A stretch of 63,690 nt of DNA, filler included, from Octopus bimaculoides (Eukaryota), in the NCBI RefSeq assembly GCF_001194135.2. It is 7 parts of 6 records of this genome, joined end to end, with 100 filler letters (N's around TTAATTAATTAA, not from the genome) between each part and the next. Parts side by side here need not be neighbours in the genome. Positions count along the whole stretch, not along the records: positions 1 to 30,362 come from NC_068986.1; positions 30,463 to 45,418 come from NC_068987.1; 5 more parts are not named here. One strand, written 5' to 3'. Of the stretch, positions 24,095 through 35,290 are shown piece by piece. Within the stretch, counting starts at the first letter, position 1; the number at the start of each line of letters is the position of its first letter. Below the pieces are notes generated by a model. The model did not search any database and was not told the origin of the DNA. It was given only the letters and a program-made list of their open reading frames with translations. The position numbers and the translations under genes are program-made.

Positions 24095-24330
24095 TATATA
24101 TATATCTGTGCTTGTGTTTGTCATTCTGCACCCTCCCACTGCTTGACTACTGGTGTTGATTTGTTTATATCCCCATAATTTAGCAGCTCAGCAAAAGAAA
24201 TTTATAGAATATGTTCCAGATAAGAAAAAAAAAGCATAAGTATGGGGTTGATTTGTCTCACTAAAGCCCTTCAAAGCAGTGGCCCAGTATGCAGTTCAAT
24301 AATTGAAACAAGTAAAAAATATAAGCATGC
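24095..24330 (+). mobile_element. SINE 3' half, heavily CpG-decayed
   Basis: Homologous to 61850-62047. Confidence 0.7.
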
Positions 24331-24674
24331 TTGTATGCATATGAAATACAGATGTAAAGGGAAGAAATAAATATAAAAAGGAATAGAGAATGAAAGAGAA
24401 AAGGAGAGAGAGTGTAGAGGTAAAGCAAGATGACTGTAGGTTAAAACTCAGCAAAATGAAAAAGCGGTAGCCAATTCATTGGTTTTGGTAATGTGATGTT
24501 ATTACTGTTTAGCCACAGATCAGCTCTGTGATCAAAAGTGTTTCAGCTGTGACATCCTATCTGTTCAACATATCCTTCTTGAGTAATCATGTACTGACTC
24601 TCTCATTGATTTGATGTTGATGATGAGAATATTTCAGGATATAGGTAGCTGCATATGTTGAGAGAAGTAATTCT

Positions 24675-24850
24675 ACTGGGTGAATGCAGTAGTTAAGGTG
24701 TTGGGCCCACAATCATAAGGTCATGGTTTTAATTCCTGAAGCAAAGAGTGCATTGCATCCAGTCCACTCAGCTGAAATAAATAGCAGCTGAGTACTGGTA
24801 CAGCCTTCTCTGCCTCCAGCTACAACATCCTAGTTGTTTTGCTGGATCAA
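24675..24850 (+). mobile_element. Decayed tRNA-SINE head
   Basis: gcagtagttaaggtgttggg..ggttttaattcc..ccagtccactcagctg. Confidence 0.5.
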
Positions 24851-25589
24851 GGGTGGGAGGACTGAGATAGTGTCTATGTCTGATCACAACTATGTAAGCC
24901 CCTAAGACACTTAACAAAAGCATGACATGTGCTATCAAGCCATATTCGTTTATAAGTGAAGGCTATGAGATTTTTTTTTATTGTTTAAGAAGAGGGACAG
25001 CATCCAGAACACTTTTCAGAGCTTCAGAAATTGGTGGGAAGAAGGAAGGAAGTTATCTTCAGACTGAAGACCTGGCCTAAATCAACAAGCTTGGAGTTTA
25101 TTTTATTTTATCAATAACATAAGTCAGAGTGAACTATACTCTATATATATATATATATATATAAATGAGAATGTATGTCTGTGTGTCTGTGTGAATCCCT
25201 AAAACTCCAGAACTACACAACCAATTTCATTCAAATTTTATACATGCCTTACTTAGGGTCCCGGTTGTGTTTTAGTCAAAAAATTTGTTTCATTTCTTGC
25301 ATAGTTCGAGCTCACAGCAACATAATATCTCCTCCACTATTTAAGTATTACGTGTCAAAAGTGAAACAAAAACACTCATGTCAAATACTTTCACTTTAAT
25401 GGTTTCATTTTCATACTGAATCTACTACACTGAAACTATACTCTCACATATATACAGGCATACATACATATATACATACATGCATATATATATCTGCACA
25501 AATGTATCCATATACATGTATATATATATATACATATGTGTATGTATATNNNNNNNNNNNNNNNNNNNNNNNNNNNNNNNNNNNNNATA

Positions 25590-26300
25590 TATATATATAT
25601 ATAATCTGTAATTTTTGTATAATTATGTATTGTTAATACAACAATACATAAAGACGGGCTAGAGTTGAAGTGCTCAGCATGAGCTAGAATTCATCTTATA
25701 GTAAAAATGGATACATAAGGGTGGAAAACCACAGAAACAATACCATATGTCCAACGCAAGATATAATATGTGTGCTCAATTCCTTCAAGAATCAATAAAT
25801 AAATTTATAGTTTTCAGTCTCTAAAGTGTCTAAAAGGTACGGTAAAAAGACAAGCAAATACAACGACATAAACTTTAGAAATATCATGAATGTTCAAAAT
25901 GTTTATTTAAAAATATTTATAAACATGCATAATTACCAAATTGTATAAGAATATAAGAATTTAAATTAAAACATTACGATATATAAACGTACATTATGAT
26001 ATAATATATAATGGGTAAATATATACGGTATGATGAAGTTATAAATTTACATGTATTATATTAAAAACGTGTACATTAGGACAGGATAGAAAAAAAAAAA
26101 GTATAACATAAAAGTTAAGTTAAAAGTATACATCTACGGACCGTTTCTGAGATGTGTCTATTAATATGGTGTTGTACTCATATTAGAGATTAGACACTCC
26201 CTTCATCAGGATGTTTGTTGTACATAAAGAGGAAGGAATAAAAATATAGAAAACATAAAAAGCTTAGAGTGACATATACAATATGTTAACATACAAGTTA
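25590..26300 (-). mobile_element. PLE-type terminal repeat nested in the Helitron-like element
   Basis: AT-rich segment carrying an intact hammerhead; no ORF; boundaries approximate. Confidence 0.5.
26130..26214 (-). ncRNA. Type I hammerhead ribozyme, catalytic core intact, long stem II
   Basis: ACAUC-CUGAUGA-A-GGGA-GUGUCUA..UAAUAUG/CAUAUUA..UAGACAC-AUCUC-A-GAAA-CGGUCCG-UA-GAUGU; predicted GUA cleavage between 26135 and 26134. Confidence 0.8.
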
Positions 26301-26374
26301 ACATATCCTGTCATTTTTCAGCTCCAAGAGCTCCATTTTTCAGGAGCAAAATCCTTTTTACAGGGTCCATAACA

Positions 26375-26439
<65 letters not shown>

Positions 26440-26440
26440 A

Positions 26441-26471
<31 letters not shown>

Positions 26472-27554
26472 CACACACATGCATGTGTATAAAGATAGAT
26501 AGATAGATTCATTGATTGATTGGTTTAGATAAGTATTTTATGTGTGTATGTATATATGTATACAACTGTAATGTCTACTCTTCCATGCTTCATATCCTTT
26601 ATCAGGATGTCCTTCTCATACTAGGTTCAGTCGCAGTGTGGCATCTTGGGCAGGTGCCGTGCAGATATATATATGCATGTATGTATATATATATGTATGT
26701 ATGCCTGTATATATGTGAGAGTATAGTTTCACTGTAGTAAATTCAGTATATCTCCTCCACTATTTCAATATTACGTGTCAAAAGTGAAACAATAACATCA
26801 CTCTACTGTAATGTCAGATACTCTCACTTTAACACTGAAACTATTCCACTATTTCAGTATTACCTGTCAAAAGTGAAACAATAACATGTTGCTACTGTAA
26901 TTTCAAATACTTTCAATTTCATACTGAAACTATTAAAGTGAAACTATACTCTCACATATATACAGGCATACTATAAGACCCAAGTTAAAAACATTCCCAA
27001 CAATTCAACTTCTCTGGCTGACATTAACACCCCCCATGAGCTCCATTTTTCAGGAGCAAAATCCTTTTTACAGGTTCCAGAAGACTGAAATTTTGGAATA
27101 TGCACATAAAGATCAACAGTATGGGATACATGTCTCATGATTAGAATTTTTTTAGGGTGTGTAAAGAGGGAAAGAGCCCTCATGTGCAATTTTGATGAAA
27201 TTCGAATCATATGTATTCCAGTTCCTTACAGAAAAGATAAGAGAAAAGTCTCATCCTTCAATTGCATGTAACAAGGGCAACACCGGGTATCTCTGCTAGT
27301 TAGATATAAATGGATGAAACTAAATTTCATATTTACTACTATAATTACTGTAAAGTTGAATACTAGGTCTTTTAGACTTGCTTTTCATCAATTATTTTCT
27401 TCCAGATTTCTCTTTAACTACACCATGTAAGTTTGTGCTCTTTGCCAGAATATAATGTTGAAAGTGAGATATTAAGTGTCTGAACCAACAGACAAAAATG
27501 TTTAACCCAGTGGAATTCATCCTAGAACTACCACATCAGTCATTTCTTTTCCAG

Positions 27555-27624
27555 CTATCATTATTCAAAAGGTGCCTTCCGAATGGCAAGGTGATGAAGT
27601 GGCAGAAAACAATACAGCATTAAG
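27555..27624 (+). CDS. Candidate coding exon of an unidentified gene
   Basis: catttcttttccag|...TTAAG|gtattt; one frame open throughout: xIIIQKVPSEWQGDEVAENNTALx; no homology recognised. Confidence 0.35.
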
Positions 27625-28840
27625 GTATTTATTCTTGGTCTTGTAGTGGAGTAAAAACATAGATATTGTTTCCTTTTGTGGACCTTCACAGTTCAATGAA
27701 CAAGTATTATCCCCAGTCTCCGTAGTAAGTACAAAAAAAAACCTTCCCCTGCACAGGATGCAATCTGTTGCTTTTCCTATAGGTGGAATTGAACTACAAG
27801 CCAACAGATTCCTCATCAATGTTGTTGCTTACAACAGTGACAAGATAATGATGATAATGATAACAGCAGTGATCATGATCATTATAACAACTATTCTTCT
27901 GTGCTGTCATTAGCTCTCTCAACTGTCTGTTATCTATGAAGTTAAACATTCTCAGACTTGACTTCATTTCTTTCCATAGATTCCACTTTTACCACAAATT
28001 CCTTTTACTCTCAACACCCTACTTTTACATTTGGTTGATTTCCATTCACATGACACGTCCATACCAACACAAGCACCTTTCCTGCTTACATTGGCTAATA
28101 CCATTAATGCCCAGCTACCCTCTCAGCACACAAGTGTTCCACTTTCCATTCATTGCATCACTTAATTTATTTCTATTCAACCATATGCATCTGAACTCCA
28201 TCTCACTATCAAACAACATCACAATTCTTACAGAATGCTTCATAGTATGCTTTTTGCACACTTCCCTTCACAAAACAAACAAAACATACTGACCAGTACC
28301 CATTTAAAGGACAGCATTCCCAGATAAAAAGTATGACAGCATAAAACTGTGGTCAGAACACCAATCTCATTTAAGCTTGGAGTCAATATCAAAATCAGTT
28401 GAGTTTTTTTTCTCTAGAAAGGCAGAAGGTCCTGTTGAATTTCCTCTAAACACTTGAAGTTGAATTTTCAGCTCAATATATTTTTTAAATAAATATAATA
28501 TTGTTGTAGTTTTTCTTGCTGATAATGAAAATTCATTTTCCTTTTTCTAAAAATTAATAATAGTTACAAGCATTTAAAATTATGTAATTTCAACCAATCG
28601 GAAGCCTCCATTGTCAACATATTGGTGTGTATCATGAGATCAGTACAGACAACAATAATGATACCTTTATATGGTCTCAATCTGCTAGAAAATAGCAGCC
28701 TAATCTTCTTTAATGTTTAAAAAACAAAATACATGAAACATTATGCCACAGAACCATGTATTTCCTTGCACGAAGCAGGTTCAAATGCTTTCCATTTGTT
28801 TTGTTATTAATAGCATCTAAATTAAAGTTTATCTCCACAG

Positions 28841-28865
28841 GTGTAATCTTTCATTGAATTCATGA
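28841..28865 (+). CDS. Candidate terminal exon (R)CNLSLNS*
   Basis: atctccacag| acceptor, phase-compatible with 27624; AATAAA at 29090-29095. Confidence 0.2.
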
Positions 28866-29366
28866 CCATTAAAACAGATTGATATTAAAAAACTTTTCTT
28901 CTAAAATTGCAAAAAAATTTATGGATGGAGAAAGAATTCCATCAATTACACTTTATACAATAACATTGATAACCAATTCTTTCTCCAGCACCACCTTTTT
29001 CTTTAAACTTCGTTTACAATTTTATCATACGAGAGAAAGTACATTTAATATCAATGTATGGTGCCCAGTGTTTAAAGGGTTGTAAATTCAATAAAAGATT
29101 ACATCAGTGCAGACTGGCTGTAATTTAAATGTTATTAATAACACTAACAAGTGAAAAGCACTAGGGCCTCCCTCATGCAAGGAAATATAAGGTGCTGTGG
29201 CACAATGTTTCATCCACTTTGCCTTTAAGATGTAGTTTAAGGAAGATATGGCCGCTATTTCAAGCAAGTTGAAATCACATAGACACACTAGTATGATGGC
29301 AATGGAGGCTTTTGATTGACTAAAATTTCATAAATTTAAATGCTTGTAAGAAATTGTGATTTTTAT

Positions 29367-30362
29367 CTTTTCGTGCAAGATCGTTGCCAGTGACCCTGGA
29401 CTGGCTCATGTGCGGGCGACACATGAAATCTTTCGAGCGGGATCGTTGCCAGTGCCCCTGGATTGGCTCATGTGCGGGCGACACATGATATCTTTCGTGC
29501 GAGATCGTTGCCAGTGCCCATGGACTGGCTCTTGTGCGAGTGACACATGAGGTTTTTCGAGCGGGATCATTGCCAGTGCCCCTGGACTGGCTCATGTGCG
29601 GGTGACACATGAAATCGNNNNNNNNNNNNNNNNNNNNNNNNNNNNNNNNNNNNNNNNNNNNNNNNNNNNNNNNNNNNNNNNNNNNNNNNNNNNNNNNNNN
29701 NNNNNNNNNNNNNNNNNNNNNNNNNNNNNNNNNNNNNNNNNNNNNNNNNNNNNNNNNNNNNNNNNNNNNNNNNNNNNNNNNNNNNNNNNNNNNNNNNNNN
29801 NNNNNNNNNNNNNNNNNNNNNNNNNNNNNNNNNNNNNNNNNNNNNNNNNNNNNNNNNNNNNNNNNNNNNNNNNNNNNNNNNNNNNNNNNNNTGGACTGGC
29901 TCATGTGTGGGCGACACATGATATCTTTCGTGCGAGATTGTTGCCAGTGCCCATGGACTGGCTCTTGTGCGAGTGACACATGAGGTTTTTCGAGCGGGAT
30001 CATTGCCAGTGCCCCTGGACTGGCTCATGTGCGGGTGACACATGAAATCGGTCAAGCGGGATCGTTGCCAGTGCCCCTGGACTGGCTCATGTGCGGGCGA
30101 CACATGAAATCTTTTGAGCGAGATCGTTGCCGGTGCCCCTGGGCTGGCTTGCGGGTGACACATGAGGTTTTTCGAGCGAGGTCGCTGCCAGTGCCCCCGG
30201 ACTGGCTCATGTGCGGGCGACACTTGTAATCTTTCGAGCGGGATCGTTGCCAGTGCCCCTGGACTGGCTCTTGTGCGGGTGACACATAAGGCTTTTTCGA
30301 GCGGGATCGTTTGCCAGTGCCCCCGGACTGGCTCATGTGCGGGCAACACATGAAATCTTTCG
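29367..30362 (+). repeat. 62-bp tandem satellite derived from the RTE 3'-UTR module
   Basis: gatcgttgcc starts at 29379, 29441, 29503, 29565; about 11 sequenced units around a gap; unit matches 3596-3628 and the reverse complement of ~60665-60725. Confidence 0.95.
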
Positions 30363-30406
30363 NNNNNNNNNNNNNNNNNNNNNNNNNNNNNNNNNNNNNN
30401 NNNNNN

Positions 30407-30418
30407 TTAATTAATTAA
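30407..30418. other. Assembly spacer TTAATTAATTAA in 44N+12+44N joins (also 45463, 56290, 58431, 60795, 62121)
   Basis: Identical 12-mer with stops in all six frames, centred in 100-bp N blocks. Confidence 0.95.
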
Positions 30419-30532
30419 NNNNNNNNNNNNNNNNNNNNNNNNNNNNNNNNNNNNNNNNNNNNATATACATATATATGTATATAAATATATACATATACAT
30501 ATATGTATATATATAAATGTATATATATATAT

Positions 30533-30592
<60 letters not shown>

Positions 30593-31122
30593 GCATATAT
30601 ACATATATGTACATACTGACATATATGTTTATATATGCACCTATGAGTACAGGACGTTACAAAACGTAAACGACGTGAAATCCGAAATAAGAAAAAGAAC
30701 ATGAAATAAACTTTCTTTGTGAACAACGAGAGAACGAAATGGAAAACAAGACAAGTTACATAAAGAATGACTCCTCATCAGCTCTTGGCTGTCCATCTGC
30801 TTCACATCTCGAACAATTCACGATAGCATGTGCCCTCGAGAAAGCAGTTGCTCCCGCAATCTAAAATAAAATTTGGTATTCTGCGGAAGGTCAAATTTCT
30901 CAGCAAAAAATGGGACAGTAAAACAAATAATGAGGGCTGCTAATCCAGACGGGGTAAGGTGGCGAGCGCTGAGGAAAATTTTTGACAGGAGAAAAGATAG
31001 GAGATGAGACAGGCAAGAAATCGTCTGGTCTGTGCAACAGATCGGAAGAGGGGACAGATGGACACGTGTGGAAAAAAAGATGGACGACTGCCACGTTCGA
31101 GCAACGATAGAGTAAAGGAAGA

Positions 31123-31170
<48 letters not shown>

Positions 31171-31565
31171 NNNNNNNNNNNNNNNNNNNNNNNNNNNNNN
31201 NNNNNNNNNNNNNNNNNNNNNNNNNNNNNNNNNNNNNNNNNNNNNNNNNNNNNNNNNNNNNNNNNNNNNNNNNNNNNNNNNNNNNNNNNNNNNNNNNNNN
31301 NNNNNNNNNNNNNNNNNNNNNNNNNNNNNNNNNNNNNNNNNNNNNNNNNNNNNNNNNNNNNNNNNNNNNNNNNNNNNNNNNNNNNNNNNNNNNNNNNNNN
31401 NNNNNNNNNNNNNNNNNNNNNNNNNNNNNNNNNNNNNNNNNNNNNNNNNNNNNNNNNNNNNNNNNNNNNNNNNNNNNNNNNNNNNNNNNNNNNNNNNNNN
31501 NNNNNNNNNNNNNNNNNNNNNNNNNNNNNNNNNNNNNNNNNNNNNNNNNNNNNNNNNNNNNNNNN

Positions 31566-31604
<39 letters not shown>

Positions 31605-34600
31605 GACAGAGGGGGGGAGAGATATAGATGGAGAGAGAGAGAGACATATACTTGCTCTATATAGGAACGAAAATGTATTTCTACACAACTGTTTCTTTCT
31701 CTCTAATTCGATATTTTTTTATAGCTGGCCGCTATATTTTTCTGCAAAAAGTGTATACAAAAAGTGTATACATAATCTGCACTTATTACTGATGCATTTA
31801 AACAACCATAAAAAACTGCACTTTTGTCAAAGTAATTTATCCCGTAAGTTAACGAATATACTGTAAGTCTTGAGTCAGTGTGTGACTCGCTAAAAACATC
31901 TACCAAACGACATTATTATCCACTGCTGTAAAGTGTAATACAATAGGAAATATTTATCACCTCTTGCAAGTGCCTGTTACGTTATAATAACTAGAACATT
32001 GACAGTGATGTCGCAAATAGCGAGAGTGGAATCGCTGCTATTTCAAGCTTTCAGGCGTCTATCATTGACAAGCACAAGTAAGGCCGGACTCAAGTGATCT
32101 GGTAGTCCAGGCGGATGTGATGATAGTTATTGTCTCCTGCTAGTGATACTAAGAAGAGAGCTTACATTGATGCACTACATGTCCATTCGTGAGATGTTCT
32201 CCCATCGTAACTATCACAGTGCTTTGTGTTCTAAATCAACATCCACTTGTAAGTAGTGATTACCTGTTTTGTTATTAGCACTGCTGCTGCCGTCGCTATT
32301 AATCATTTTACAGAGTGCAATACAAATTTACATTCTGCTCGTTGTCCGTTCATCTTGTTTCAAAATATTTTAGGCGCTGTTAAGAATTTTGCTTTTCATT
32401 TTAATGTTTTTATTCATAGGTGTTGTTCAGTACTATCGTAGACATTACTGAGTATAACGAGTATGAAATTCTTACCAGTCCATTCTTTATTTTAATCTAT
32501 CTAGTGTAACTAGATCTATATTATTCAACATTTTTCCTTTGTATATTACTGTTCTTTTCAGCGGGTCAAAATCAGAATTTAAATAACATAGTTGTTTTAA
32601 ACTACATCTTGCGTAGTATTAAATTTCAGAATAAGAAATTCTGTGAGGAGTCTGCACCAATATTATCGAAAACTATTATGAATTCAGCACCAGATTTTAG
32701 CTTTAGTATTGTATTCTTAATGATGATCGATGCCAGTAGTGTCCAAGAAAGTTTTTGAAAGTAAACTTGATTTGAATAATGAAATGAAAGTACCAATTTT
32801 CAGATTTGCAGTAGATTAATTTGCCATTTCCATATCATCTCATTTATAAGTAAATCACTTACTTATCCTTCTTCTCAAATAAACCAAAGTCCCTAGCTCT
32901 TTCTCTCTCATTCTCATAAACGCTCCGTATATACATACATACTTACATACACACGCACACATACACACACACACGCACACACACACACACACACACATAT
33001 ATAAATAAATATATTTATGTATACTTATACGTACGTATATATACATATATATCTATGTGCATATGCGTGTCGGGGTGCCTGTGTGTGTGCGTGTCTCTGC
33101 GCGTGACTGTGTGTGTATGTGTGTGTGTGTGTGTGCGTGCAAATATATAACACTTCCATCCTTTTGAGTCCAAATTGTGTCTTAGTTACTGTTTCTTTAT
33201 TATCCTTCCTCCGGGAAAATATTTACATTAGATTGACCCTCAAAATGGAGTTCAAAAGAGAAGCTAGACGGAGACTGAATACGATAGATTTACCATAGAA
33301 AGTGATGTCAATCAGAAATCCTCTCTCAACATCATGTTAATGGTAATCAATGTCAGAATACTTTTTTTGAAATTCATTGCTAAAGATTGATTGCTAACTT
33401 AATGTGTAACGATACTTAGTCATTGCTATCAATCTCATATATATATATTTGCAGACTTTATCGAAATAGAGTGAAGAAGATGTACAATACTTGTGACGAA
33501 ACCGTGATAACCACTATAGTTCGAGCCTTTTATCATAAATTACCACATTGTCCTTGTTCGCCTGTGCAGATAAAATTTCTGCAATATATCGTATACGGAG
33601 ACTTCTATAAGAATAATTATATGTTCTCTCTTTTATAGTTTGCCAGTTAAATAGACTAATTTTAATAATATTTGACTAATTTTAAGCAGCAAATAAACCC
33701 TTCGATATTAAGGTCGAGACAGTTCTTTGTTCACTCATATAAGTATATAATTTCTTACGGTTTATTTTATACGGGTGAGAGATAGTATTACAAGTTTAAA
33801 ATATAACTAAGCAGCTCTAAACAGATGAATGTGAAGTGGTGAAGTGAACCGTCCTTGTATTTGTCTTCTATTCATTTCAAATAAATTAACATATCAATTC
33901 GCTCGTTGCAGCACACATAGAGATACATTGTGGTAAATTTAGACACGTTGCATTAACCATAGTGATGGGAAAATAGATATTCAAAATAGTGAATAATTTA
34001 ACTGTTTCATTAGAAACTATGAAAGACATATGTAATAAATATATTTAATACTATTTCATTCATAACTTATTGAGTAACAACTCACTTTAGGAAAAGAATA
34101 TACTTAGGCGCCGTTGTTTGACTTTTACATTGAAATCGTTTGTGAATAATAAAATGTGATCATATTGAAACTGTCTCCTCTACAACTGTGTAGACTAGAG
34201 TAAAATATACTATAGTGTTATAGTCTCTTAAATCAACTCCACTACGTAACTCGTATTTATTTTAGCAACACTGAACACATGAAAGACAACGGGGAAACTT
34301 GTTATGTTAAATTTCTACCACCCCTTTACTTCCTGGTGAAGAATAATTCATAAACCGAAATTACAATTCCGATGTGTGAACAGTAATTTACCGAAGGGTT
34401 TATTTTAGTTATTAAAGTTGTATAATATTGTATAATATTGAACTTGCGAGGAGTTCAATTGAATAGAGTTTTCGATTCAATGATATTATTTTTATATGAC
34501 CAAACTGTCGTACTAAACATAAGAATCATTTTAAAGTACTATGAACTGAAATGCAAAGGCTTGATTGAGAATATGAAAAGAACAACTTAAAGCGTATTGC

Positions 34601-35049
34601 CAAATTGCATTAAAAGTTTATAGAATGAGAGTTATGGTATTCTTCGCACCATCCTTTTCCAAAGACACATATAACTCAGTAGTTAAGTGATTAATGAGTT
34701 TCATAATCGATGGAGCGGGGTAAAGTTTGAAGTATTTGTCTTATTGTATTATCTTCTCGATTTATTGACATAAATATTAGTAATGTATTTATGGTATCAG
34801 TCAATTACATCATCCCTTCTTAAATGAGTGGACATTATCCGAGTACATAACACAATTCTATCAACCGGCGCAAATACCAGACCTTTACGACAAATATGTA
34901 TGTAATAAGTATCTTTGAATGAAATGTCATCGGGTAAAGTATTCTCTTATATTTATTCAGCATTAACACAAGTCCAATTTACTAAATAACAACTACGTTG
35001 CCAGATGCAATGGTTTTCCTATGAGAACGGGGTGCGGCTTCTGATAGGA

Positions 35050-35290
35050 TGCCTGGTTAGGATGTTGCACTCATGATTGCAAGATACCAGACCAATGGTG
35101 TGTCGTATTCTTGATGAAAACGCTTCATTTCATGCTGTCCAGTCCACTCAGCTATAAATAGATAATGCTTCAACTGGCTGACATTCAGTTAAAGTGAACT
35201 GCTGGCCTACGTGCCTCTAGTCAGCGGATCGGCATCATTCGAAAACTACAACAATGCTAGAAAGCGCATTGTGGTCAGTATTTTATAACA
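35050..35290 (+). mobile_element. Decayed tRNA-SINE (same family as 1-173)
   Basis: ggttaggatgttgcactcatgattgcaagat..catttcatgctgtccagtccactcagc. Confidence 0.55.

Larger units (their letters stand above)
25140..27299 (+). mobile_element. Non-autonomous Helitron-like element, internally duplicated and interrupted
   Basis: 5' TC(TA)nAAA at 25140; 3' decayed hairpin ..GGGCAACACCGGG..CTAG|T at ~27274-27300; ~50-bp subrepeat at ~25327, ~26750, ~26846. Confidence 0.6.

Noticed and set aside
29367-30362. Hairpin-containing repeat array as a CRISPR
   Set aside because: Units are contiguous with no unique spacers, there are no cas genes, the context is eukaryotic, and the unit derives from the RTE tail
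30407-30418. Recurrent TTAATTAATTAA as a biological motif
   Set aside because: Always centred in 44N+44N blocks: a scaffolding spacer
30620-30960. CUGAUGA at ~30774-30780 (minus) in an unclassified repeat
   Set aside because: No downstream stem II plus GAAA
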